From: Anolis carolinensis
Taxonomy: Eukaryota
NCBI RefSeq assembly: GCF_035594765.1
Contig: NC_085842.1
Location: 263,113,749-263,177,748 of the forward strand
Direction of reading: 5' to 3'
Length of the DNA: 64,000 nt
Shown: piece by piece, positions 37,051-48,654 of the stretch
Layout: every line of letters begins with the position of its first letter
Numbering within the stretch: the first letter of the stretch is position 1
Program-made: the position numbers and the translations under genes
The notes under the pieces: generated by a model
Database searches by the model: none
The model's input: only the letters and a program-made list of their open reading frames with translations
Told to the model about the DNA's origin: nothing

Positions 37051-37412
37051 AGAAAGGCTGAGAGGAGACATGATAGCCATGTACAAATACATGAAGGGAA
37101 GTCATAGGGAGGAGGGAGCGAGCTTGTTTTCTGCTGCCCTGCAGACTAGGACGCGGAACAATGGCTTCAAACTACAGGAAAGGAGATTCCATCTGAACAT
37201 TAGGAAGAACTTCTTGACTGTGAGAGCTGTTCGGCAGTGGAACTCTCTGCCCCGGACTGTGGTGAAGGCGCCTTCTTTGGAGGCTTTTAAGCAGAGGCTG
37301 GATGGCCATCTGTCGGGGGTGCTTTGAATGTGATTTCCTGCTACTTGGCAGGGGGTTGGACTGGATGGCCCATGAGGTCTCTTCCAACTCTACTATTCTA
37401 TGATTCTATGAT
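37051..37412 (+). mobile_element. 5'-truncated CR1 LINE 3' end
   Basis: RLRGDMIAMYKY...TVRAVRQWNSLP; 3' UTR; (ATTCTATG)n tail. Confidence 0.95.
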
Positions 37413-37849
37413 TTCCCAGAATTCTGCTCAGCATCAAATAGCCCCAATCAGGAAAGGGAAAGATTTATCCCTTCATGGCAGCCAGCCAGATTTCCCCACA
37501 CACTTAAGTCCTCTGGGAGGCGTCTGCTCCAACCAGCCAGACCTGACTGGCAACTGTCACCCAAAGGACCTTTTCATCAACTGCCCCAAAACTGTAGAAC
37601 GACCTGCCAGTAGAGCTCCGGCAGGCCTACCCAGCCAGTCTTTAAGCATGAATTTTAAATGTGTGTCTTGTGTTTAATCTCTGTTTTGTGTATTTTAATA
37701 TGTATTTTATAGAAATATGCTTTAATATGTAACTTTGATAGAAATACATTTATATGTGGATCTGTAGTACTTTGATAATGTTTATATGTTTTAATTATTC
37801 TGTAACCTATCTCAAACCACAAGGAGAGGCAGGTAAGAAATAAAATTAT

Positions 37850-38017
37850 TTTATTGTATGACACAGCAATCAAGATAGATATGCTGGATTTCATATCACA
37901 AAATCATAAGTTGAACACTTCCCAAGTGTCTAGGACTGTGTGATGTATTTTTGGATGATGCGCACAGATCCCAGTGGCGTGGCCTTTTGCAGTTGGCAGA
38001 TCGTAATTTTGTCAATT
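37850..38017 (-). mobile_element. R4/Dong-clade LINE 3' fragment
   Basis: Minus strand reads IDKITICQLQKATPLGSVRIIQKYITQS*; a related 3' UTR piece lies at 31330-31392. Confidence 0.7.
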
Positions 38018-38904
38018 TCTTAGGTATGTTAAACAATTTTAATTCCCATGGTTATTATAGCATAATCTTTAACAAATTTATTCATTTTCACCCTTTGTAA
38101 TTGGTCTCACCAGATAGTTTCATCAGACAGATTTAGAAAATTCTTGAAGGATAGTTCCACTAATTAGATTTTTAAAGTCTAAAGTTAAAGTTGTTTTATT
38201 TCTACGACTTCCAATGGAAAAAAAATGCAGTTTACCTCTCAGATATGTTTTTCTCAGTGAAGATGGTAAATTTACAGTAAAGGGCATCTTTTAGTTAGTT
38301 TCTTCATAAATATAGTATTTTAAGAAGTGAATTGGAGCTGCTTTTGTCTGCGTCTGTTGGCATGACAATGTTGCTGGGGAGTGAGATGTCTCCCCCTCCT
38401 CTCTCCCCTTCTCCTGTTTCAGTGGGTAAGATGAGAGATCCTTTGAGTCTTGAGGGAATTGCATCTGCCCTTTTTTCTGAAAAAGTCTTTCTCAACTCCG
38501 TATGGTTGATAAATGCACAGGGACATCTCAGTGCTCAGCCAGTTCACTGAGATACTGATCGCAACTCCATTTTCTTCACCAGAAGTCATATTCATTTCAA
38601 AGAACAATGTAAGTAATAAAAGTATTACAACTTTAGTGGATGAAAAGATTGTATTTCATGAGTTTATTTTATTCAAAAATCTTGGTAATATATTCCCAGT
38701 GTCTGGATCTGGACAATAAATGTAAGAAATATATGGCAAAGGATGAAATGGCATTTATTGCAATATGAATTTATCAATCCAAACCTCATATGCTGATTAC
38801 TAAACAGAATTCTGCTCTAAGTAGATGGTCTTATTATAACCAAGAATCAGAAACACATAATTCTAAGGAGAATACTTACCATAAATCTCTAGGATATATT
38901 GCCC

Positions 38905-39243
38905 AAGGACCTCATTCCATGAGAAGGGGAAAGTAGGAGGGGGGTAATAATCTTCTAAGTGTGGTGTTTAGAAGCCTTCCATTTCCAAAGGAAATTGAGA
39001 AGTTAACAATTGTTCCCATCCCACCTCAAGTCTCCTGATTTCAGCTATTTCTATGTGTAGTTAAAGCAGTGAAGTTGATTGTTGTCAGCTTTACAAGTCT
39101 CCGTTTCTCTTCACTTTAATAATGAAATTTACCAGAAACAGTCCTGTGTCATTTGATGGGCTCTATGGGACACCATTTTTAAAGTGAAGAGAAATGATAA
39201 GATGACTCCACTTGCTTTCCCCTCTCATGGAATGAGGTCCTAA
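38905..39243. mobile_element. MITE with ~30-bp TIRs
   Basis: aggacctcattccatgagaaggggaaagta / tgctttcccctctcatggaatgaggtcct. Confidence 0.7.
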
Positions 39244-40917
39244 AATATTGGTGGGCTCATACAGCCTTTCAGATGTTGTTAAGATTGCAGCTCCAGCTTT
39301 CACCATCATTGGTTATACTGGCTAGGGTTGTGGGAAATTTGAAGTTCAGCCTCTGGAAGGCTGCATAAATTCTGATGTTTACCCTCAATCCACTTGATTA
39401 TTCCCAGGGCAACATACTGGATGAATTGCTGAATAATTGTCAATACTTAGGTAGATTCCACTGATTCAACAAATTTGCTCTTAATGAGACTTAGCATTTC
39501 AGTTAAGGTCATTGATTTTTTTGTTTTCACATACAATTTGTACTTAGGTATTCTCACCTCTGCTACAGGATTTGCTTTTCATCCTCCTGTTAACATTAAT
39601 GTTGGGGGTGATCAAAGATATTTCAGTTCCAGGAAACTGCAAGCACAGGATGCTTCAAAAAGATGGACCCAATTTGCAATCACTGTATGTCTGCAACCAC
39701 AAACTATCAATGAGTAAAACTCTTACCACTTGAAAAGGTTGAGCATGGCATTTCAAATGATTACTGCTAGATGCCTCTTCCAGTGCACAAACAGCCCCTA
39801 CCATCAGCAAGATGGCGACCCCACAACATAAGACCAATTAAGATATTGTCCATTTACAGAGTTTGTTTTTAAGAGTTGGTTCTAGCTCAAAATGGTTAGT
39901 AAAACTTGATGACTTGATTACTCATTAAAAGGTAATTTTGGTGTAATTGTAACATGATGCTGTTGTGAAATATACTTGAAATTAGGTCCATCATTTCAAA
40001 AAACCCTGTAGTTCATTCTGTAGTCTTTGCAATGATATTTTTGGTATATTTCATGGAGCCCTTTTATTTTGTGCCATGACATTTTTGAGCACTGTAAATA
40101 AAGCAGTAACAGATTACCTTCTAGCTGGCAATGCAACTTTCATTCCCCTACAGCAATCAAGAAGTAATTTCAAGCAGACTGTCAACAGCTCTCTTTATTG
40201 CTTTTTCATATTTTTACATTTACATCAAACTTAAAATTAAACATGTAATCTGACTGTATATTAAGATTTGAGGCACTGCAATGAGTGAGATGCAGCTAGG
40301 CATCATATCATTTGGTTACCCTCTTCATTAAAATTACTGCAGATAAAAATACTTGGGATCAGGCCTACAGCTTGGACTGTGGGGGTATTGGTCTTTTTCC
40401 TAAAATCTTGCCTGATTGCCAATCATACTCAAAATAGCTTTGGAAGGTATAGCGTGTGTCAAGAATAAGATGGTGATAGCAGACCAAGATAGAAAAGTAG
40501 GTTTTATATATCAGATATTGGAACAATACATATCTGTTCTGTCGGTTTTTCAAAAGTTTCTGCACTCCTATATAGTAAACTTGAGTGGAAAATATAAATA
40601 GTTCCCTCCTTTTGTTCTCCTATTGTTACCTTTATTGCTTTTTCATTGAAATCGTAGGAATATATGTGACAATTTTGAACTGCTGTAGATATATGTGTGT
40701 GAATGATTTACTAGTCCATTATGAGAAAGTGAACAAAACAATCACTGTCCTACAATGGCAGTTAAGAAATGGCCTTCTCTGCTACATAGGCAAATAGATA
40801 TTTCCATGTAAGAATCCATTTTCAAAGGTGCCCCCCAAAGGTGACTGATACACACTTTTTCCAAAAGTTATATAGCTATTTCCCATTCAACCAAGCAAAA
40901 TATAGATAGTTTTGGAA

Positions 40918-41203
40918 GGAGCCCCCGGTGGCGCAATGGGTTAAACCCTTGTGCTGGCAGGACTGCTGACCTGAAGGTTGGGTTGCTGTCCTGAAGGTTG
41001 CTGGTTCGAATCAAGGGAGAGCGCGGATGAGCTCCCTCTGTCAGCTCCAGCTCTCCATGCAGGGATGTGAGAGAAGCCTCCCACAAGCATGATAAAACAT
41101 CAAAACATCCGGGCATCTCCTGGGCGATGTCCTTGCAGACGGCCAATTCTCTCACATCAGAAGCAACTTTTAGTTTCTCAAGTCATACCTGGCATGAAAA
41201 AAA
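40918..41203 (+). mobile_element. Anolis-type tRNA-derived SINE with A tail
   Basis: A-box GGTGGCGCAATGG, B-box GGTTCGAATC, A-rich end. Confidence 0.88.
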
Positions 41204-42101
41204 AGCTTTGGCATCCATCAGACTGTATTGAAGATCTATACTGTGTCTTTCCAACATGTACATGTAGGGGCTTTTAGCTTGCTCAGACTGGACAGCTGCA
41301 TGTTTGTCTGGCTCGGTATTGGGACCATATTTCTGAATTCTTCCTACAATAAAAAAACCCATAAAAACCCTTCAGAATCTGAAAGTCTAGATTTACAATG
41401 TTTTTATTGTTTGAGTTGTATTATAGGCTGGAAACAATGTTTTGGCTTACAAAAAAAGCAGAGAAATGGGCTGATTCATCTCAAGGTGGTGGGAGGCTTG
41501 GCTGGCAGTTCCCTCCTCTGTAGTTAATATCCTGGAAGCCAAGGAATTATTTGAAAGAAATCAGAAGTGGTAACAGGCAGTATAAAAGGCAATAGAATAG
41601 CAAGCAGCCTATCTTGCAATGAGTGAAACATGCAAAGCTTTCAAAGATCAGAGCTTGGAAAAGTTACTTTTCGCATAATCCCACTGCCCTGAGTACTCTC
41701 CAGTAGTCTTGTGCATTCGGGGCAAACCTGGATCTGTTTCTTTTTTTTTTTTTAAATGTATTCTTTATTAAAAGAAAATTTTTCCCATTAATACATTGAC
41801 CTATCTAAAGGAAAGGTTGGGGTGGGAAGGTCGAGGTAAGTGGGTAAGGGAGGAGGTAATGGGTGGTGAAATGGGTAGTCCTATCCTGTATTTGGGGGGA
41901 TGAGGAGGCAAAAAGGTGAACTCTCTAGTGGGCCAGAGAGGGGTTCTGGATTGGGAAGGGACAGGGGAATGTTCGGGGAAGAATAGGAATGGGGGCCGAC
42001 ATTCGACTCCCGGATTGATACCCTATCTACAGTGGGGGGAGGGGTTGATTAGATGGAGGGGATGGACTTCCACTCTTCTTTCTTCCTTCTATTCTCGTGC
42101 T

Positions 42102-44503
42102 TCATTTTCCTTTCATTTCTTCTTGTAGGTAAATTTCCAATTCAGACCAGTCCGTTTGTTTCATTGGTTTCCCTGTGCTTCTTCTTGTCAGATAGGTTAA
42201 TTTATCCATATTTTTGATGTCTAGTAATTTTTCCAACCACATTGTTACCGTGGGGCTCTCTGGGTTCTTCCAGTTTTTTGCTACTACCATTCTTGCGGTA
42301 GTTACTGCATATGTAAAGATTTTTATCTTATTTTCTTTTTCTTTTAAGGAGTCTAATGGATCCTGCTCTTGCATTTCAAGTAACCCTAATAAAAAATATT
42401 CAGGTTTACATTCTAAATTAATTTTTAGCATTTTTTTTACATTCTAAGTGGATTGATTTCCAATAATTTTTAATATTTTTACAATTCCACCATATGTGGA
42501 AATATGACCCAATTTGTTCTTTACACCTCCAACATCTTTTGTCTCTGTTTCGATACATTAATCCCAGTTTTTTGGGGGTTAGATACCATCTATGGATAGT
42601 TTTTAGCCAATTTTCTTTCAAGTCAATTGAATAGCAATATTTTATTTTTTTATTCCAAATATTTTCCCATTCATCCATTGTGATGGGTCTGCCTATATTC
42701 CTAGACCATTTTAACATTGATTCCTTGACTATTACGGATTCTGTATTCCATTCTATTAATTTGTTATATAGAATCGTTACCAATTTCTTGTTTTTCTGAA
42801 GTATATTGTCCCAAAAATTGTTATCCAAATTGAAACCCGTTTCTTTATCTCTGTTATAACTTTCCTTTATTTGGTGGTATTGGAACCAGGATATATTCTT
42901 GTATTTTTTTTGAACTTCCTCTATTTCTTTGATACCTACTATTCCAGATATTAAATTTGATTTTTTAAAGATTTCTTTATATGTTGGCCAATTGTTCCAA
43001 CCCAATAATCTACGTTGGTTAGCCTCTAAAGAGGAAAGCCACAGTGGGGTTTTCTCATATAAATATCTTCTATATTTTACCCATATTTTAATCAAGGATG
43101 ACCTCACAAAATGGTTTCCAAAATTTTTATCAATTTTCATTTTATCGTAGCATAGGTAACCATGCCAACCCCATCGCAGATTGAATCCTTCAATTGTCAG
43201 TAATTTTTTATTTTCCAATTTAACCCAGTCGATTACCCATTCCAGAGCACACGCCTCATGGTAGAGTTGTAAATCAGGCAGTCCGAAACCTCCTCTCCTT
43301 TGAGGGGTGATCATCGTGCTAAATTTTATTCGGGGCTTTTTATTTTTCCAAATAAATTTTGACAGTTCTTTGTTCCAGTCTTTGAATACCTTAGCCCCTC
43401 TAATAATTGGGATGTTCCTGAACAGATATAACAATTTAGGCAAGACATTCATTTTAATAACCGCAATTCTCCCCATAAGTGAAATATTTAGATTTGCCCA
43501 ATTTCCTAAATCTTTTTTTATTTCCTTCCATTGTGCCCCGTAATTCAGATCTAATAGTTGGTTGTTTTTACTAGCTATCCAGATCCCTAAATATTTCATT
43601 TTTTTTACTATTTCCAAGCCCGATTTCTCCTTTAATTCCCTCTGGCTTCTCATAGACATATTTTTAGTAAGGGTTACTGTTTTCTTTTTGTTTAATTTGA
43701 AACCTGCCAGATATCCAAAATCCTCTATTTTTTTAACCAATCTTTTATCGTTTCTTTTGGGTTTTCAATTACACAAATTACATCATCAGCAAATGCTCTA
43801 ATCTTTATTTCTTGTTTGTCCAATTTAATCCCCTTTAAATTTTCATCTTTTTGAATTGAGTTTAACATGATCTCCAATGTAAAGATAAAAATTAGCGGAG
43901 ACAGGGGACAGCCTTGTCTCGTTCCTTTAGTTATTTCAAATTCTTTAGTTAATTGATTGTTTACTCTAATTCTAGCGCTTTGCTGATGATATATTGCGTT
44001 GATTCCATTTTGAAATTGATTTCCTATGTCTATTTCCTTTAATAGTAGTTTTAAAAAGTTCCAATTGACGTTATCAAAGGCTTTTTCAGCATCTACTGCT
44101 AAAAAGCCCACCTCCTTTTGATGATTTACATCGAAATATTCTATCGAATCTATTATTAATCTGACGTTGTTCTTTTACTGTGATTGGGAAGGAATCCAGT
44201 TTGGTCATCTGAAATCCATTCTTTTAGAAATTCGGTAAATCTGTTAGCCAGCACTTTTGTGAAAATTTTATAATCGGTATTAAGTAATGAGATGGGGCGG
44301 TAATTTGATACCTTATTTGGATCTGATCCTTCTTTATGTATTAAAATAATTTCCGCTTTTTTCCACGTCTCTGGAATGATTTTTTTTGTTAGGGCTTCAT
44401 TCATTACCTTTTTCAAATGTTGAATTATTTCATCTAATTGTAATTTATAGAAGCCCGCCGTGAATCCATCAGGACCTGGGGATTTATTGGCGTCTAAATT
44501 TTT
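42102..44503 (-). pseudogene. L1 ORF2 RT and C-terminal part
   Basis: KSPGPDG, NYRPISLLN, DAEKAFD, GTRQGCPLSP, FADD, KYLG, CWRC...HIWWNC; frameshifts near 44170, 43735 and 42430. Confidence 0.95.
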
Positions 44504-45631
44504 CCGGTGAGCGTTCATGGCGACGGACATGCTTCCCCAGGGCTCTGGGAGAAGCGCCCGAGGTTGCACCCAGAGCGAGCCTTAGGCTGCCCCTCGCCTC
44601 GCGGATCGAAGCGGGCGAGGTTGCCAAGTCAGTTAGCGTCCCGACGACCCCAAAAATCATCCGTCCCTCAAGGGCGGATGATCGAGAGGGTCCGGGAGTC
44701 TGACGAAGCAGGGAGCAACCCATGAAGCAGAAGAGGGCTTCTGCACAAGCCGGGCGCCACGCTCATCTCAATGAAGAGCAAAAGTAAGTGAGAGAAAAAA
44801 AGAGACTCCGGGGAACGGGGGGCTCCGGATACAGGAACTTAAGTTCCCAAATGAGAGAATTGGATCTTCTTCTTCTAACAATGGGCAAAGGGAAGAAAGA
44901 ATTATAAAGGGGGATCGCGTAACCCTCACAGAGCCAGATCGTTATACGTTAGAAAACAGAAGAGATAATAAGAGTTAAGAGTATAATAGAGCAATCTAAG
45001 AAACCACTTGTGGTGGGCGAAAGCTTATTTAACGAGCAACAAAGAAAGAGAAATAGAAAAGAAAGGGATTACTTTGCATATCTTTAAAAACAAAGGGGGA
45101 AGGGAAACAGCACTTTTGGTACAGCCTTCTTGATAGGAAACTGGCAAAAAGAGTCAGAGAGCACTGGGGAGTGTTGTAATTTAAACAAGGCTCTTAAATT
45201 CGATACTGCAGAATATAACCACGGGAGGATTATACTAACGGAAGAAGGCCCCCTCAGAGGAGTTGGCGACCGAAAAGACGCCCGCCATATCAGAAGCCAG
45301 CAAGACCTAACTGACCTTGAGAAGGAGTTTGTTGTGTCTATGTAAGTCCCTGCCCCAGCCGAGCGAAGTTTGGGGAGGAGTCCGCAACCGGAGCTGGCTA
45401 GGAGGTGAGACGCGCTTCTGGTGGAACAGGAAGCCGAAGGGACTAATTTCAAGAGACACAAACCATAGAGTTCTGGCAGAAGGCGGAAGGAGGGGCATTA
45501 AGAAAGAGACACCAGGATCTAATCCTCCCATTACCTATATTAAGATAGAAGGCAAATAAGGAACCCAGAGACAAAAAGGCCATTGCAACCCAAAAGAACA
45601 ACTTGTTTAAGTAAATCTTTACTAAGGAAAA

Positions 45632-46708
45632 ATGGACTTCAAAACAACGACCCTTAGGGGGAAAACAGAAAAGGATGTTAGAGACCCTAAGACGCTACAA
45701 AGACGAAACTCAATCCCTGAAGATACCGGGTTCTGTGAATTATTAAAAGAGATGCAGAAAATCTCAGATAAGCAAGACTTGCTTCAAAAAGAGATTCACG
45801 GGATCGCAGTAAAACAGGACTTGCAACAAAAAATATTGCAAGAAGAAATGACTATATTAAAGAAAGAAATAAAAGAGGAAATTTGCACCATTAAACTGGA
45901 AGTGGCAAAAAACGTACAAGAAATTCAAGAAATTAAAACAGACAACATAAGAATAGAGAGGACACAGTTAAAATTACAACAAAAAGTGGAAACCATGGAA
46001 TTCAAGAACACCAAACTGGAAAAAATGCAAGAAAAAATTGAACAAAATGAAGCAGAATACCAACTAAGATTTCGAAATATAGAAGAAGACCCTAAGGAAA
46101 ATATTAAACAAATTATAACCAAGATAACTGCTGAAGTCATACAATGCAGTGAGAGAGAGGCAGCTGAACAAATCGATAGCGTCTACAGACTACATACAAA
46201 TTATGCAAAAAAATATAAAGTGGCCAGAGACGTCATCGCACATTTTGTAAAGAAAAGTTTTAGAAACGAAATATTATACAATTCCAGAACAAAATCAATT
46301 ACCTACAACACAAAAAGAATTATGATCCTCAAAGAATTCCCACCATCCACTATCAATAAACGGAAAAAGTACTTTTTCTTAACGGATGAATTGAAGCGCC
46401 TCCAAATCAGGTTCCGCTGGGAGAAACAAGAAGGTCTCATGTTAACTTATAAAGGGGAAAAAATTTGGATTAAAACAGAAGAAAAAGCAGACCAATTTTA
46501 TAGGAAGCTAAAAAAAGACTTAGCACAAAGACTATCACCACAATCATCGAGTGAAGAGAAAAACCCCAAAAAGGCAAAGAAAAGAAGACAAGAGTCGCCA
46601 AAGGAAGTTGTGGAAGAACAACTCATATCAATTTTAGGCGAAGATCAAGAAGCTCTTTCAGAGGAGGAAGAGGAAGGAGAGAAAATGGAAGATGCCCTTA
46701 ATGAATAG
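45632..46708 (+). CDS. L1 ORF1p (358 aa; coiled coil, RRM, CTD), uninterrupted
   Basis: Long heptad region, then LRFRNIEE, IDSVYRL, ARDVIAHF, ILKEFP, IRFRW; precedes ORF2. Confidence 0.92.
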   Translation: MDFKTTTLRGKTEKDVRDPKTLQRRNSIPEDTGFCELLKEMQKISDKQDLLQKEIHGIAVKQDLQQKILQEEMTILKKEIKEEICTIKLEVAKNVQEIQEIKTDNIRIERTQLKLQQKVETMEFKNTKLEKMQEKIEQNEAEYQLRFRNIEEDPKENIKQIITKITAEVIQCSEREAAEQIDSVYRLHTNYAKKYKVARDVIAHFVKKSFRNEILYNSRTKSITYNTKRIMILKEFPPSTINKRKKYFFLTDELKRLQIRFRWEKQEGLMLTYKGEKIWIKTEEKADQFYRKLKKDLAQRLSPQSSSEEKNPKKAKKRRQESPKEVVEEQLISILGEDQEALSEEEEEGEKMEDALNE

Positions 46709-48078
46709 TTTTACCCAATCAATAAAGATATTTTCGAACAACATTAACGGTTTGAACTCGCCCATTAAGAGACAGAGAACCTACAACTACTTAGGTAAGA
46801 AAAATTATAATATTATTGCTCTCCAAGAAGTCCATATCGCCCAGAAACATTCAAAATATTTAATACATACTAAATTGGGAAAATTATATTACGCTCTGGA
46901 CACAAAGAAAAAACGGGGGGTGGCCTTATATATAGATGAAAAATTTAAATCTGAAGAAATATTTAAGGATCAGGAAGGAAGGATAATAGCAGTAAAAATT
47001 GACCTAGGCATTGAAAAACTATTAATCTGTAACATTTACGTTCCAAATGGCCCCAAAAGAAAATTTGTTAATGCACTAAGAACCAAAATTGGGAAGACAG
47101 ATTTTGACCACATTGTAATTATGGGAGACTTCAACGGAATATTAGATAATAATTTGGATAAATCGGTAAAGAAAAAGAAAAATAATAATAACTCTCTTCC
47201 AATAAATTTTTCACAATTAAAAGATGAATACGATCTAGAGGACATTTGGAGAATACGTAATCCTACACAAAGAGATTATACATTCTACTCCAATCGCCAT
47301 AATTCATGGTCCAGAATCGATATGATCTGGACATCTAAAAGTTTAGAACCTAAAGTAGATGAGATAAAAATCTTAACACGAGATCTTTCAGATCACTGCC
47401 CATTGATTATGAATATAAATTATAAAAAGAAACCGGTAAGTTGGAGATTGGATAATAATTTAATTAAACAGGAAACTGACATTAAAAAAATTAAAAGGAT
47501 GACTATGGAATACTTTCAATTTAATGATAACCAAGAGACAAGTCCACAAACAACCTGGGATGCCTATAAAGCAGTAGCTAGGGGCCATTTCATTCAGCAG
47601 AAAGCACGAAAAAATAGAATTAAATATCAAAAACTACAAGACATACAAAAAGAAATGGAAGCAGAGGAATTACAATTAAAAAAAAAACCCAAGTGATGGA
47701 AAGATTATGAAAAAATTAAAAATATTACACAAACAGAAAAGCAACTTAGAATTGGAGCACTTAGCTAACCAACTGAAATGGACAAAACAGAACGCATTTG
47801 AGAACGCAAATAAACCAGGGAGATGGTTGGCCAGAATGATAAGAAAAAAGAAAAATAAACAACAAATCACAAAAATAGAATCACAAGGGAAATTGATATA
47901 CATAGATGATAAGATAAGAGACATCTTTGAAAGTTTTTATAGCAATCTATATAAAAAAGATAATATAGATTTAGATTTAATTGGCGAATATTTAAGTAAG
48001 CTAAAATTGCAAAAAATTACAGAAGAACAAAGATTAATTTTAAATAAAGAAATTACAGAAAACGAAATAAAAATGGCT
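46692..48078 (+). pseudogene. L1 ORF2 N-terminal part (APE endonuclease and linker)
   Basis: NINGLN, LQE, NIYVPN, GDFN, SRID, SDH; frameshift in the A-run near 47680. Confidence 0.93.
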
Positions 48079-48364
48079 ACCTGGATCTGTTTCTTGTCCC
48101 AGCTTTCAGTGGTGGGCCTCAATCCATTTTTACGGAGCCTCCTGAAATTGGGAGAGCAAATATTTGTTTTTGCTTTTTACTGCTGAAATATAAATTTTCT
48201 TCCATCTATTAATGGGGAGGCTTCCCACCCAGACTCCCCTTCCCGGTGAATGCTTTAAGGAGGCTTTTTATTGGGGTTTGCCTTACCTTCATCTGGGGAG
48301 TTGAAGGGCTCCTTGGCTGGGGATGAAGACCCATCACATTTGCCGGTGAACTTGCTCCGTAACC

Positions 48365-48654
48365 ATGCAGGCTCAGAAAGGCACTGGCAGGCCTGGGTGC
48401 TTTCTGGGTCTGCATGCCACACACGCACTCGCTTTCCAAGGAGAATGCAGGTGTGGTGTGCAGGCCCAAAGCACCCATGTCTGCCAGGGCCTGCAACCAA
48501 GCTTCTTTTACTCTGTGCTCGGCTGTAGGCCCTGGCAGGCGCAGGCTCTTTGGGTTTGCAAGCCGCACACACTCTCTCTTTCTAAGGAGTGTGGGTGTGT
48601 GGCATGCAGGCCCAGAAAGCGCCCATGCCTGCCAGTGCCTTTCTGTGCCTGCAT
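48365..48654. repeat. GC-rich compound foldback (A-A'-A-A')
   Basis: 48365-48430 is reverse-complementary to 48587-48654; internal copies at ~48445-48495 and ~48525-48575. Confidence 0.8.

Larger units (their letters stand above)
41743..48078. mobile_element. Near full-length L1 LINE with 5' inversion (3' part minus 41743-44503; 5' part plus 44502-48078)
   Basis: TSD ACCTGGATCTGTTTCTT at 41726-41742 and 48079-48095; AATAAA and polyA at left end on minus strand; ORF2 continuous across the break. Confidence 0.95.

Noticed and set aside
44156-44569. 137-aa ORF as a gene
   Set aside because: Chimera of antisense L1 5' UTR and RT fragment across the inversion junction.
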